From contig JBFXES010000001.1 of the NCBI GenBank assembly GCA_050179875.1, positions 2,995 through 66,994 on the forward strand: a stretch of 64,000 bases of DNA, written 5' to 3'. The DNA comes from Thiohalomonadaceae bacterium. GTDB lineage: Bacteria; Pseudomonadota; Gammaproteobacteria; Thiohalomonadales; Thiohalomonadaceae. The notes under the pieces were generated by a model. That model ran no database searches. It worked only from the letters and a program-made list of their open reading frames with translations, and was not told the origin of the DNA. The translations under genes and the position numbers were made by a program. Below, piece after piece: positions 27,968-37,627 of this stretch (its first letter is position 1; each line of letters begins with the position of its first letter).

Positions 27968-28322
27968 ATGGACATGCGACGGTGCTCGGCGCGCGAGGTG
28001 CTCGATGATCACCTGGAACTGGCCAGGTCCTGGGACTTCGAAGGGGATTTGGTCCGCGGAGGACATCGTGCTTCTGACGAGCTACGGCGTGTTCCGCGGG
28101 CTGGAGGGCGTGCGTGCGAAGGTGCGTTTGCTGAACGAGCACTTGCCGGGCGGACGCTGGACCTATCGCACCGTGATGGCGGACGGCGAGATGGGTTTCC
28201 TTGAATGGACTGCGGAGGCGGACAACGGCGCGCGCGTGGAAGACGGCGCCGACTCCTACCTGATTCGCGACGGCCGCATCCATGCCATGACCATCCACTA
28301 CACGGTGCTGCCGCCGCGCTGA
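27968..28322 (+). pseudogene. SnoaL-like / NTF2-family protein, apparent +1 frameshift near 28051-28062
   Basis: The frame from 27968 gives a plausible N-terminal helix (SAREVLDDHLELARSWDFEGDLV). The rest (AEDIVLLTSYGVFRGLEGV...IHYTVLPPR) is in the +1 frame from 28005. Confidence 0.55.
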
Positions 28323-28368
28323 ATCACGGCGCGGGAGCCACGTGCGCCGCGGCTCCCGCGCTTCGCCG

Positions 28369-28821
28369 TCAACGGCCGAACAGACGGCTCCACCAGGACC
28401 GCTTGGCGGGCTCGGCCACGCCGCGGCTCAGGAAATAGGGGCCGTACAGATTGTCCGACTCGATGATGTGATGGGTCAGCCAGCCCTTGAGGAAATGCAG
28501 CAGTTCGAAACTGATGGCGTGGCTGCCCGCATCGAGCTTGGCTTGCAGGTCCTGCACCTGGGCGATCAGGTCCTCGTGCTGGGCCTTGTGGACTTCGTAG
28601 TCCGGGTAGTTGGTCGCGCGCATCAGGCTCTCTTCCGTGGCGAAATGAACGCGCGTGTATTCCGCGATTTCGTTGAGGATGGGGCGTGTCACCGAGGAGC
28701 CGCGTTGTTCGGTGATGGCCTCGTGCATCCGGTTCAGCATCTCCACCAGCTTCTTGTGCTGGTCGTCGATCTCCGCAATTCCGACGCTCAGTTCATCGGA
28801 CCACTCTACAAGCTTTGTCAT
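28369..28821 (-). CDS. bacteriohemerythrin
   Basis: MTKLVEWSDELSVGIAEIDDQHKKLV...H..E......YP....H...H; hemerythrin His/Glu/Asp ligand pattern. Confidence 0.9.
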   Translation of the reverse strand: MTKLVEWSDELSVGIAEIDDQHKKLVEMLNRMHEAITEQRGSSVTRPILNEIAEYTRVHFATEESLMRATNYPDYEVHKAQHEDLIAQVQDLQAKLDAGSHAISFELLHFLKGWLTHHIIESDNLYGPYFLSRGVAEPAKRSWWSRLFGR

Positions 28822-29147
28822 GGCGGGCCTCCGCTCGTGCCTACGTGCCCGCGCATTATGCTTCCCGCGCTGGGGCGAAGCGCGAAGGCGATCACTCTTG
28901 GCGCAAAGCCGTCGCGCCAGCGGCACGGCAGTGAAGGAAATGGTGAGACAAATACCGCCTGGTTCGTTATTCTCTCAGGACTTGTAAAAATATGTGTGGC
29001 GCGGGACTGCGAAACAGCCTATAGTTGCCGTTGCTTACAGATCGTGTTATTGGCAGTTTAAGCAGTTCCCTCCCGGTTACTTCTCGAATTCCATTGCATA
29101 GCCTGTACGCAATCCCTCATTTTCATTTTTTCAAGAAGGTATTAGTC

Positions 29148-29351
29148 ATGGCGACAGGTGTCGTGAAGTGGTTCAACGAAGCCAAGGGCTACGGTTTCAT
29201 CACCCAGGACGACGGCGGTCCCGACGTGTTCGCGCACTTCAGCGCGATCCAGGGCACCGGTTTCAAGACCCTGCAGGAAGGCAAGGCGGTGCGTTTCGAC
29301 GTGACCACCGGCCCCAAGGGTCCCCAGGCCAGCAACATCGTCGTGATCTGA
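29148..29351 (+). CDS. cold-shock protein (CspA family)
   Basis: [34 protein letters not shown] with RNP1/RNP2 motifs. Long AT-richer 5' leader. Confidence 0.95.
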   Translation: MATGVVKWFNEAKGYGFITQDDGGPDVFAHFSAIQGTGFKTLQEGKAVRFDVTTGPKGPQASNIVVI

Positions 29352-29373
29352 TCACGACGGGTGCCTGACCCCG

Positions 29374-29406
29374 AAAACCCCGCTTCGGCGGGGTTTTCTT
29401 TTTTTC
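29374..29406. terminator. bidirectional rho-independent terminator (csp / sohB convergent ends)
   Basis: AAAACCCCGC-TTCG-GCGGGGTTTT followed by a T run. The A run on the other side serves the minus strand. Confidence 0.85.
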
Positions 29407-29411
29407 GCTGC

Positions 29412-30353
29412 TTACGGGCGCCACCAGGGCGGGCTGCGCTCCGCGCCGTAGTGCACCTCGTATAGCTCGGCGCGCCGGCTGGCCTCCAGCAGGTAGTCGT
29501 CCGAGGTCTGCAGGTCGTCCACCAGGCCCAGTTCCAGCGCGCGGCTGCCGTGCCAGTATTCGCCGGTGGCCACTTTCTCCAGGTCCAGTTGAGGCCGGTA
29601 GCGGGCCACGAATTCCTTGAACAGCCGATGGATGTCGTCGATCTTGCCCTGGAAGTGGCGCTTGCCCTCAGGGGTGTTCTCGGCGAACAGGGTGACCGTG
29701 CGCTTGAAATCGCCGGCCTTGAACAGCTCCACGTCGATGTCGTGCCGCTTGAGCAGGCGGTGGAAATTGGGCAGCTGCCCCACCACGCCGATGGAGCCCA
29801 CCACGGCGAAGGGCGCTGCCAGCAGCCGGTTGGCCACGCAGGCCATCATGTAGCCGCCGCTGGCCGCCACGGTATCCACGCACACGGTGAGAGGGATGTC
29901 CTTGTCGCGGATGCGCGTCAGTTGCGAGGCGGCCAGGCCGTAGGGGGCCACCATGCCGCCGAGGCTTTCCAGCCGCAACACCACCTCGTCCCCGGGCCGG
30001 GCCACCAGCAGCACGGCGGTGACCGACTCGCGCAGGGTGGCCACCGCGCTCGCCTTCATGTCGCCCCGGAAGTCGAGCACGAACAGGCGGCAGGGCCCGC
30101 GCCCGGGCGCTTTGGCCTCGCGCTTCCATGCCCGGATGGCGCGCCGGTAATCGGCCCCGGAGAGCATGGCCGCTTCGATGCGCTGGGCCATGAGGCGGTA
30201 GCGGTGGTTGAGGTGGCGCACCTGCAGGCGCTCGCGGGCGCGTTCGCGTCCTCGCGCAAACAGGCGCATGAGGGCCTGGGCCGCAAGCAGCACGGCGAGC
30301 ACGACGGTGGCGCTCTTGGCAAGGAACAATGCGTACTGGGCGAAGGGGTCCAT
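29412..30353 (-). CDS. sohB: protease SohB (peptidase S49)
   Basis: 313 aa. N-terminal TM. S49 core (VDTVAASGGYMMA). Confidence 0.9.
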   Translation of the reverse strand: MDPFAQYALFLAKSATVVLAVLLAAQALMRLFARGRERARERLQVRHLNHRYRLMAQRIEAAMLSGADYRRAIRAWKREAKAPGRGPCRLFVLDFRGDMKASAVATLRESVTAVLLVARPGDEVVLRLESLGGMVAPYGLAASQLTRIRDKDIPLTVCVDTVAASGGYMMACVANRLLAAPFAVVGSIGVVGQLPNFHRLLKRHDIDVELFKAGDFKRTVTLFAENTPEGKRHFQGKIDDIHRLFKEFVARYRPQLDLEKVATGEYWHGSRALELGLVDDLQTSDDYLLEASRRAELYEVHYGAERSPPWWRP

Positions 30354-30533
30354 CCCGACTCCCCCGACGACGGCACCCAGGAAGCTTAGCCCGGGCCGCC
30401 CGGGATCCCGTGGAAAAAGCCGATTGGTTCACAAAGCCGCCGCGATGACCAGCTTAGAAACGCGGCCGCCTTCCGGTAGAGTGGTGCCTCAAAAACCAAC
30501 TGCCACACCCACCTTCCCCTCGGCCCCAAGACA

Positions 30534-31310
30534 ATGATGACACTGGATGTTTCCAGCCTTTCCATGCCGGTGGCGGCGCTCATCGCCTCGCTCATCGGCG
30601 CCACCGCCACCATCACGGCGTCACTGATCCAGTTGCGCATCGCCTGGCGCAAGGAGATCAAGGCGCGCGAGAGCCGCGCGCCGGTCACCAAGAAGACCCG
30701 CCGTGGACCCGTGGCCGCGGTGCTGGTGCTGACGGTGGCGTCCGCGGTGGGCGGTTTCGCGTTGTCGCAGTATTTCACGACCCGCGGCCGCGAGGCGGCA
30801 CTGTCCATGGAAGCGGAGCTGCGCGCGCGCCTCGCCCAGCTGGACCAACTGGCGGCGCGCCTGGAACGCGCCAGCGGCGCGCACGACGAGGCGGACGCAC
30901 CGCCGGCGGCGACGCCGGCTGCGCAGGACCACAGCGTGATCGCCGCAGTGACGCTGGCGGCCTGCGTGGTGCGCTCCGGGGCGGATGAGCTGCCGTGCAG
31001 CGAGGCCGATGCCGAGCGCGTGACGCTGTGTGCCGGGCTGCCGCCCGGCACACGGCCCGTCGCGGTGGAGCGCTACGTGCGCGAACAGGATGACCCGAGC
31101 CCCTGGTCACAGGCGCAGCTCGCGCCGGGCGAGCACCCCGTCAACGGCCGCGTCGTGGGCGAGCCCGGCCCGGGCGCCGATCCGCAGACCGTCTGCCAGG
31201 AGTTCATGCACTGGGGCTCCACCGGCCGCACCGCGCGCCTGCGCGTGAGCTACACCGACGCGCCGCTCCCGGTGCAGCAGGTGGTGGTGGAGAGCGCGGC
31301 CGGGCAATGA
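30534..31310 (+). CDS. hypothetical membrane protein
   Basis: 258 aa. Two N-terminal hydrophobic segments, a coiled stretch, and a Cys-containing C-terminal domain. No family recognised. Confidence 0.6.
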   Translation: MMTLDVSSLSMPVAALIASLIGATATITASLIQLRIAWRKEIKARESRAPVTKKTRRGPVAAVLVLTVASAVGGFALSQYFTTRGREAALSMEAELRARLAQLDQLAARLERASGAHDEADAPPAATPAAQDHSVIAAVTLAACVVRSGADELPCSEADAERVTLCAGLPPGTRPVAVERYVREQDDPSPWSQAQLAPGEHPVNGRVVGEPGPGADPQTVCQEFMHWGSTGRTARLRVSYTDAPLPVQQVVVESAAGQ

Positions 31311-31369
31311 ACATGCGCGAGAGGCGTTGCCCCCTTTTCTTTGCCGGCGTGATTCCCTAGCCTGCCGTC

Positions 31370-31729
31370 ATGCCCATTCTCCTCTTCAGGCTCAACGGCG
31401 TTCCCGAGGACGAAGCCGACGATGTGCGGGAACTGCTGGCCACCCACGGTATCGAGTTCTACGAAACCAACGGCGGACGCTTCGGCATCTCTCTGGCTGC
31501 GATCTGGTTGCGCGATGACTCCGGCGACCTCGCCCGCGCGCGGCAGTTGATCGACGCCTATCAGGACGAGCGCGCGCAGCGGGCGCGCAGCGAGTATGCG
31601 GCGCTGTGCGAGGCCGGGCGCAACGAGACCTTGCTGGATCGCTTGCGCCTGCACCCGCTGCGCGCCGTGGGCTACGCCGCCGTCATCCTGTTCATCCTCT
31701 GGTTCTCCCTGGCGCCGTTCTTTCCGTGA
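31370..31729 (+). CDS. conserved hypothetical protein with C-terminal TM segment
   Basis: 119 aa. MPILLFRLNGVPEDEADDVRELL... Coding-like composition. Family not confidently recognised. Confidence 0.6.
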   Translation: MPILLFRLNGVPEDEADDVRELLATHGIEFYETNGGRFGISLAAIWLRDDSGDLARARQLIDAYQDERAQRARSEYAALCEAGRNETLLDRLRLHPLRAVGYAAVILFILWFSLAPFFP

Positions 31730-31807
31730 TCGGCGACAGCGTGCGCCCGTCACACCGCGCGTTGCCCGTGTGGAAAAAGCCTGGCTGCTGACTTAACGTT
31801 CCGCATC

Positions 31808-32263
31808 ATGGTTACCGCAAGAAAAGTCCTGCGCCTGGCCATGGTCGCCCTGCTGGCGACGGTGTTGTCCGCCTGCAGTTCGGCGCCGGCGCAGCCCGAT
31901 CCCATGGGCAGCCAGGTGGCCGTGGTGGCGCAGTCCATGGTGGGCAAGCCCTACCGCTTCGGGGGCGCGAGTCCGCACGGTTTCGACTGCAGCGGGCTGG
32001 TGCATTACGCCTTCGCGCGCACCGGTCGCGAGGTGCCGCGCACCACGGAGGTGCTGTACGCGCGCAGCCACGCCGTGCACATGGCGCGGCTCACCGCCGG
32101 CGACCTGCTGTTCTTCGTGATCGACAACAAGCCTTCCCACGTGGGCATCTACGTCGGCGATGGCCGCTTCGTGCACGCCCCTTCCTCGGGCAAGTCCGTG
32201 CAGTACGCCTCCCTCGCCGATCCTTACTGGCAGAAGCGCCTGGTAAAGATCGGCCGGTTCTGA
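31808..32263 (+). CDS. C40 (NlpC/P60) peptidoglycan endopeptidase lipoprotein
   Basis: Lipobox LSAC. Catalytic FDCSGLV and HVGIY, then H in FVHAP. Confidence 0.9.
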   Translation: MVTARKVLRLAMVALLATVLSACSSAPAQPDPMGSQVAVVAQSMVGKPYRFGGASPHGFDCSGLVHYAFARTGREVPRTTEVLYARSHAVHMARLTAGDLLFFVIDNKPSHVGIYVGDGRFVHAPSSGKSVQYASLADPYWQKRLVKIGRF

Positions 32264-32443
32264 GAGCAGAACGCCGAGGGCGCATTTCCGGCGGAAATTG
32301 CACGCTCACGGTTTCTTTCGCGAAACATCGCTCAAACCATTGCATCGTTCGTGATAAATTGGCGCCCTGCCGCTGCGATCGGTGATCGCAGACCATGTTT
32401 TCACGGCGTGCACACGCTGCCCGCCCCCGTCAGACGCCTGACC

Positions 32444-33367
32444 ATGCCCATGTCGCTGCTGCACCGTTTTCGCCGCGCTGCCGTACTGTCGTGCCTCGCA
32501 CTCGTTGCCACCGGTGCCTGGGCGGCCCAGGATCCGGCGCAGGTGACCGGGCAGCTCAACGCGGCGCTCGTCGTCGATCTCTCCGACGAGAAGGTGCTCT
32601 ACGCCCATCGCGAACACGAGCCCGTCGATCCCGCCTCGCTGGTGAAGATGATGGTGGCGCTGCTCGCCATGGAGCGCATCGAGCGCGGCGAACTGCACCT
32701 CGACGATACCTACACGGTCTCCGCGGCGGCCAGCCGCATCGGCGGTCACCAGATCTACCTGAAGCACGGCGAGGTGTTTCCGCTGCGCGATCTGCTCAAG
32801 TCGGTGATCATCGCCTCCGCCAACGACGCTGCCTTCGCCGTGGCCGAGCACATCGGCGGTTCGCAGGAGACCTTCGTGGCCATGATGAACGCGCGCGCGC
32901 GCCAGCTCGGCATGCGCGACACGCAGTTCACCAACGCCCACGGCCTGCCGCCGGATCGCCGCAAGGGCCAGAAGCCCAATCGGACCAGTGCCCACGACCT
33001 GGCCATCGTTGCCAAGGCGCTCATGAAGTATCCGCTGGTGCGCGAATGGGCGGCGACCCGTCTCGACTATGTGCGCGACGGCAGCTTCATGCTCACCAAC
33101 ACCAATCACCGCTTCCTGCAGCGCTTCGAGGGGGCCGACGGCTTCAAGACCGGCTATCACCCGCGCGGCGCCGGCTTTTCCGTGGTGGCCACCGCCACCC
33201 GCGACGGCCGCAGCCTGCTGGCCGTGGTGCTGGGCGCGCCCTCGGGCAAGGTGCGTACCAATGCCGCCATGCGGCTGCTGGAATGGGGCTTCGCCGACAG
33301 GCAGGCCGCACCCGCCATGACCGCATCCGCAGACACCGCGGACGTGGGCGCCTTCGAGGTGGATTGA
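32444..33367 (+). CDS. D-alanyl-D-alanine carboxypeptidase (peptidase S11, PBP5/6-like)
   Basis: Signal peptide. SxxK (ASLVK), SxN (SAN) and KTG (FKTGY) motifs. Confidence 0.9.
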   Translation: MPMSLLHRFRRAAVLSCLALVATGAWAAQDPAQVTGQLNAALVVDLSDEKVLYAHREHEPVDPASLVKMMVALLAMERIERGELHLDDTYTVSAAASRIGGHQIYLKHGEVFPLRDLLKSVIIASANDAAFAVAEHIGGSQETFVAMMNARARQLGMRDTQFTNAHGLPPDRRKGQKPNRTSAHDLAIVAKALMKYPLVREWAATRLDYVRDGSFMLTNTNHRFLQRFEGADGFKTGYHPRGAGFSVVATATRDGRSLLAVVLGAPSGKVRTNAAMRLLEWGFADRQAAPAMTASADTADVGAFEVD

Positions 33368-33444
33368 ACCTCTCGCGACGTGCGGCTTCCGGCTTCGCTA
33401 CGGCTGGTAGACTGTCAGCACAAGCTACCGGCACCGGCGCAGGC

Positions 33445-33987
33445 ATGACCCCCAGAGACGTACTCGACTTCTGGTTTTCTGACGAGGCGCGGCCGCGCTG
33501 GTTCGATTCCACCCCCGACTTCGATCGCGAGATCACCGCCCGTTTTCATGCCACATGGCAGGCCGCGGCGCGCGGCGAGCTGGACGCCTGGGCCGATGGC
33601 CCGGAGGGCGCACTGGCGCTGGTGATCGTGCTCGACCAGTTCCCGCTGCACATGTTCCGCGGACGCGCCGAGGCGTTCTCCACCGAGGCGAAGGCCCGGG
33701 CCGTGACGCGCACGGCGCTGGCGCGGCAGTGGGGCGCAGGGCTCCCGCCCGAGGGGCGCGCCTTTCTCTACCTGCCGCTCATGCACAGCGAGTCGCTGGC
33801 CGATCAGGAGGATTCCGTCGCCCTGTACGAGGCCTTGGGCCTGCCCGTGAACCTGTATTGGGCACGCCATCATCGCAATCTCATCCGCCGCTTCGGGCGC
33901 TTCCCCCATCGCAATGCCGCGCTCGGCCGCACCAGCACGCCCGAAGAAACGGCCTACCTGGCCTCGGACGAGGCCTTCCGGGGATAG
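33445..33987 (+). CDS. DUF924 family protein
   Basis: MTPRDVLDFWF....RPRWF..D..FD..I...F; FPRNMFR-like LDQFPLHMFRG; RFGRFPHRN at the C-terminal part. Confidence 0.85.
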   Translation: MTPRDVLDFWFSDEARPRWFDSTPDFDREITARFHATWQAAARGELDAWADGPEGALALVIVLDQFPLHMFRGRAEAFSTEAKARAVTRTALARQWGAGLPPEGRAFLYLPLMHSESLADQEDSVALYEALGLPVNLYWARHHRNLIRRFGRFPHRNAALGRTSTPEETAYLASDEAFRG

Positions 33988-33991
33988 CGAC

Positions 33992-34708
33992 ATGTGCCGG
34001 CCCTGCATTCTCAAGGCGGGCGACAAGATCGCCGCGCTCGCCGGCAGGGAGGGCGATTACGAAGACTGGATCGCCGCCGGGCTCGGCCTTGCGCGCGATG
34101 CCGCCGACGTGGTCGCGGTGCACCGCGGCGCGCCGCTGCCTGCGCTGGACCAGGTATCCGCCGTGGTGATCACCGGCTCCGGGGCCATGGTGACCGAGCG
34201 CCTGCCCTGGATGCGGGCCGTGGAGCGCTGGTTGGCGGACGCGGTGGCCCGCGGCGTCCCGGTGCTCGGCATCTGCTTCGGGCATCAGATTTTGGCCCAG
34301 GCCCTGGGCGGGCGCGTGGACTACAACCCGCGCGGTGTGGAGGTGGGCACGGTGGAGGTGCGGCTGGCGCCGGGGGCGCAGGCCCATCCGCTGTTCGCCG
34401 GTGCGCCTGAGCGGTTCCGGGCCCAGGCCAGTCACCGCCAGTCAGTGCTCACACTTCCGCCCGGCGCGCAGCTGCTAGCTTCCAGTGACGGCGACCCGCA
34501 TCAGGCCTTCGCCATCGGGCCCTGTGCGGCCGGGGTGCAGTTCCACCCGGAATTCGACGAAGGCATCGTGCGCGCCTACGCGCAAAGCTACAGCGCGCGT
34601 CTGCACGAAGAGGGCAAGGACCCTGCCGCCGTTCTGGCCCGCAGCGGGCCTTCACCGCATGCCGCCGCCGTGCTGCGCCGCTTCGCCGCCTGCGCCGGGC
34701 TGCATTGA
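33992..34708 (+). CDS. class I glutamine amidotransferase (GMP synthase-like domain protein)
   Basis: GICFGHQ nucleophile elbow, QFHPE motif. Confidence 0.85.
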   Translation: MCRPCILKAGDKIAALAGREGDYEDWIAAGLGLARDAADVVAVHRGAPLPALDQVSAVVITGSGAMVTERLPWMRAVERWLADAVARGVPVLGICFGHQILAQALGGRVDYNPRGVEVGTVEVRLAPGAQAHPLFAGAPERFRAQASHRQSVLTLPPGAQLLASSDGDPHQAFAIGPCAAGVQFHPEFDEGIVRAYAQSYSARLHEEGKDPAAVLARSGPSPHAAAVLRRFAACAGLH

Positions 34709-34739
34709 AGCGCGCGGCGTTTTTCCCGGCAGAGCGGGT

Positions 34740-35162
34740 TCAGTGGACGCGATCGGGGCCGTCGTCCTCGTCGTCCTCTTCCCCGAATTCCTCGTCCTCT
34801 TCCAGTTCTTCCTCCAGCTCCTCCTCGTCGAGATCGTCTTCCTCCTCGTCTTCGTCGAAGACCTCGGCGAACAGGCTGTACACCAGCTCGTGCAGGTAGG
34901 AGCCGCGCTCGTTCACGACCAGTTGCTCCCGGCCGCCTCCATCTTTGGCGAAGGCGAGGCGCGGGCGCAGTGTCGCCTCGTCGCCGAGCTGCTGGCCATC
35001 GAGGGTGGAGGCCACGGCATAGCCGATGCGGCCGGTAAGCTCGGCCACCTGGTCGTAGTCCAGGTCGGCGCTCTCCAGTTCATCCTTGATGGCGAGCAGC
35101 AGATTGCGCAGCAGCGCCAGCTGTTGTTGCTCGTAGGTTTCGTTGTCCTCGATGACGGCCAT
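34740..35162 (-). CDS. hypothetical protein with extremely acidic C-terminal tail
   Basis: 140 aa. The last ~45 residues are almost entirely D/E ([33 protein letters not shown]). Confidence 0.65.
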   Translation of the reverse strand: MAVIEDNETYEQQQLALLRNLLLAIKDELESADLDYDQVAELTGRIGYAVASTLDGQQLGDEATLRPRLAFAKDGGGREQLVVNERGSYLHELVYSLFAEVFDEDEEEDDLDEEELEEELEEDEEFGEEDDEDDGPDRVH

Positions 35163-35274
35163 GGCGGCTCTCCGGGCGAAGGGGGTGAAGCAAGATAAAC
35201 CCGGCCTGATGCCAGTGCAATGCAGCCTTCCGTTTTGCTTGGGGGACGACTATAAAGCTCTGAAGGAGCTACCC

Positions 35275-35670
35275 ATGAATTTCAAGGTACACAAGTCCGA
35301 CGCCGAGTGGCGGGCACAGCTTACCCCCGAGCAGTACGCCGTGTGCCGCCGGCGCGGCACCGAACAACCCTTCTCCGGCGCCTATTGCGGCAGCCATGCG
35401 CCCGGTGTCTATCACTGCGTCTGCTGCGGCTCGCCGCTGTTTCGCGCGGAAGAAAAATTCGAGTCGGGAACGGGCTGGCCCAGCTACACCGCGCCCGTGG
35501 CCGACGACGCGGTGGTCCTGGCGGACGACTTCAGCTACGGCATGCACCGGACCGAGGTGATGTGCGCCACCTGCGGGGCCCACCTGGGCCACGTGTTCGA
35601 CGACGGTCCGCCGCCTACAGGTAAACGCTACTGCATTAACTCGATTTGTCTCCAACTTTCACCTGAATAG
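35275..35670 (+). CDS. msrB: peptide-methionine (R)-S-oxide reductase
   Basis: RBS GAAGGAG. Two CxxC zinc pairs. GWPS and RYCINS catalytic Cys motif. Confidence 0.95.
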   Translation: MNFKVHKSDAEWRAQLTPEQYAVCRRRGTEQPFSGAYCGSHAPGVYHCVCCGSPLFRAEEKFESGTGWPSYTAPVADDAVVLADDFSYGMHRTEVMCATCGAHLGHVFDDGPPPTGKRYCINSICLQLSPE

Positions 35671-35752
35671 CGGTTTGGCGGGCGGATTCGAAATTGCTAC
35701 CCTTCCTCGGGCCTGCGGGGAGGCGCCGCCGACAGGTTAGCGAGGAATATTC

Positions 35753-36781
35753 ATGGCAAGAGATCAGGACACATCGGGTTCCGGCGGCAACGAGCCGGAA
35801 TTCGAAGACTTGTTCGCGCAAGCCTCCGACAAGGCGCGCGCCAAGGGCGCGAGCGAAGAGAGCCTCGACGAACTGGAGGCCTTCCTCGACGCCTTTGAAA
35901 AGGACCCCGAAGCGGCGTCCGCCAACCTCCGCACGTCCCGCACCGAAGCTCCCGAGACTGCGCCCGCCGTCGCGGCCAGCTCCGCGCCCGTGGCCGATTT
36001 CAGCGCCCCGGAGCACGTGGAGGCCCTGGTCCACGGGCTGCTCAAGGACGACGATTTCGATCTGGCCGTCACGGCAAAGCCGCGTGCATCCAGGGCCGAG
36101 ACAGCGGCTGCGACCGTCACCCCCGCGTCACCCACGACAGCGCGTTCCGCACCGGGCGGTGCGCAGCGACCGGCGCCCCTCGGCGTCGCCGCGGTGGCCA
36201 TGAGCACGGCGGCCCTGCTCATCGCCATCGGCGCCGGATGGGCGAGTTTCGGTGCGGTCAAGGAACCGGCGGCCGTCGCCCCGGACCCGGCCCTCGGCGC
36301 CGAGGTGGCTGCGCTGAAGCAGCGCCTGGCCGCGATGTCGGCGCGCCTGGAAGGCCCGGTGGGCGACATCACCGAGAGCTATCCGCGCGACATGGACGCG
36401 CTCGGAAAGCGCATCGACGAATTGCACGCGGCTCTGGTCGCCGTGGAGCAAAGGCTGGCGGCGGCGCCCGCCGCGCCCGCCCAGGATGCGAAGACCGCAA
36501 CCAGGAACGAACCCGCCACGCTGCCACCGGCCAAGGTTGCCGCCCGCGAGAGCTGGCAGGTGAACCTGGTTTCGTTCACGGAACGGGCCGGCGCGGAAGT
36601 GGAGCTCAAGCGCGCCCGTGCCCAGGGCATGAACGCGCAGATCGTCCCCGCCGAACGGGACGGCCGTACGTGGTACCGCGTGGCCGTGGTCGGCTTCACC
36701 AGCGCCGAGGCCGCGCGTGCCTACGTGGTCGAGAATGCAAAGAAGGCGGGCTATTCGGCCGCCTGGATCGCCAGGCCCTGA
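35753..36781 (+). CDS. SPOR domain-containing protein
   Basis: Acidic N-terminus, one TM segment (AAVAMSTAALLIAIGAGW), and a C-terminal SPOR-like domain (WQVNLVSF...RTWYRVAVVGF). Confidence 0.8.
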   Translation: MARDQDTSGSGGNEPEFEDLFAQASDKARAKGASEESLDELEAFLDAFEKDPEAASANLRTSRTEAPETAPAVAASSAPVADFSAPEHVEALVHGLLKDDDFDLAVTAKPRASRAETAAATVTPASPTTARSAPGGAQRPAPLGVAAVAMSTAALLIAIGAGWASFGAVKEPAAVAPDPALGAEVAALKQRLAAMSARLEGPVGDITESYPRDMDALGKRIDELHAALVAVEQRLAAAPAAPAQDAKTATRNEPATLPPAKVAARESWQVNLVSFTERAGAEVELKRARAQGMNAQIVPAERDGRTWYRVAVVGFTSAEAARAYVVENAKKAGYSAAWIARP

Positions 36782-36805
36782 GTCACGTTCGCCCGTTCCG
36801 CCCGG

Positions 36806-37189
36806 CTACACCCAGTTGAGCGTGCAGTCGAGATGACGCCATACCCGGTGCATGCCGGGCAGGCCTTCCTCCAGCATGATCTGCAGCGGAAAACCCTTGA
36901 GCGCCTTGTTGCGGTGACACAGCCAGAACTTGGGCATGTTGGCGTTCAGCGGGAACGTGCGCTGCAGCGAACTCTGGATGCCGAGCACGTGGCGCGCGCG
37001 TTCAATGATGTCTTCCTCGTCAGGCAACGGCTTGCCCTGGCGAAAGTGTGACAGCGTGCGAACGCTTTCCTTCTCCGGCAGGCCCAGCAACGCCTTCTGG
37101 TCGTCGCTGTCGATGCGCCAGTCTTCGAAGATGTTCATCACCAGTTGCGCGAGACGGCCACGCTCCTGTTCGTTCAGATCCAATGCCAT
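36806..37189 (-). CDS. MbcA/ParS/Xre-type antitoxin-like protein (DUF2384), no partner toxin
   Basis: Start at MALDLNEQ. The C-terminal pattern FWLCHRNKALKGFPLQIMLEEGLPGMHRVWRHL resembles the DUF2384 toxin-binding domain. Confidence 0.6.
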   Translation of the reverse strand: MALDLNEQERGRLAQLVMNIFEDWRIDSDDQKALLGLPEKESVRTLSHFRQGKPLPDEEDIIERARHVLGIQSSLQRTFPLNANMPKFWLCHRNKALKGFPLQIMLEEGLPGMHRVWRHLDCTLNWV

Positions 37190-37574
37190 CGCCGCTGCAC
37201 CTTTGCAAAGGAGTTGCTGGCAATTATCGGCGAGCACTTCCGAAAAGGTCAAAAAGCCTTGGAAATGCGGCAATTTCCACACGTTGCGCATGGGAGTGCG
37301 CTTGACGCAGTGCGGGCCGTGACTACGCTCAAGGCGTTTACCATCCTAACCATTCGCCTTCGTCATCCCGTGCACGGTTCCCACGAACGGGCGTAAGACT
37401 GCTTCAGCCGGTGCTTCGGTGACGGGAAGGCCGACGGACGTAACCGCCACCGGAGTGCCGCGTTGGTCACGAGCAAGATGTCCTCGCGCCCACACTATCG
37501 CCTGTCCATCCACGCGGTACGGATGCGCGGATCAATCCGTTGCCGGCCGACAAACCCGCGTCTCCCCGCGTGCG

Positions 37575-37603
37575 TTGACCGGGGCGCACCCCTCCTGAAT
37601 AAT
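37575..37603 (+). promoter_or_regulatory. candidate sigma70 promoter for the thioredoxin-like / L,D-transpeptidase genes
   Basis: TTGACC (37575-37580), then N17, then AATAAT (37598-37603). About 25 nt upstream of the ATG at 37628. Confidence 0.4.
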
Positions 37604-37627
37604 CCCGCAACACCTCAGGGTCTCTCC

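Noticed and set aside
28930-29147. Specific promoter and cold-box assignment in the csp 5' leader (e.g. TATAGT at 29019-29024).
   Set aside because: A plausible -10 exists, but no acceptable -35 lies at 16-18 nt spacing. Without TSS data the call would be guesswork. I note only that the leader is long and AT-richer, as is usual for cspA-family genes.
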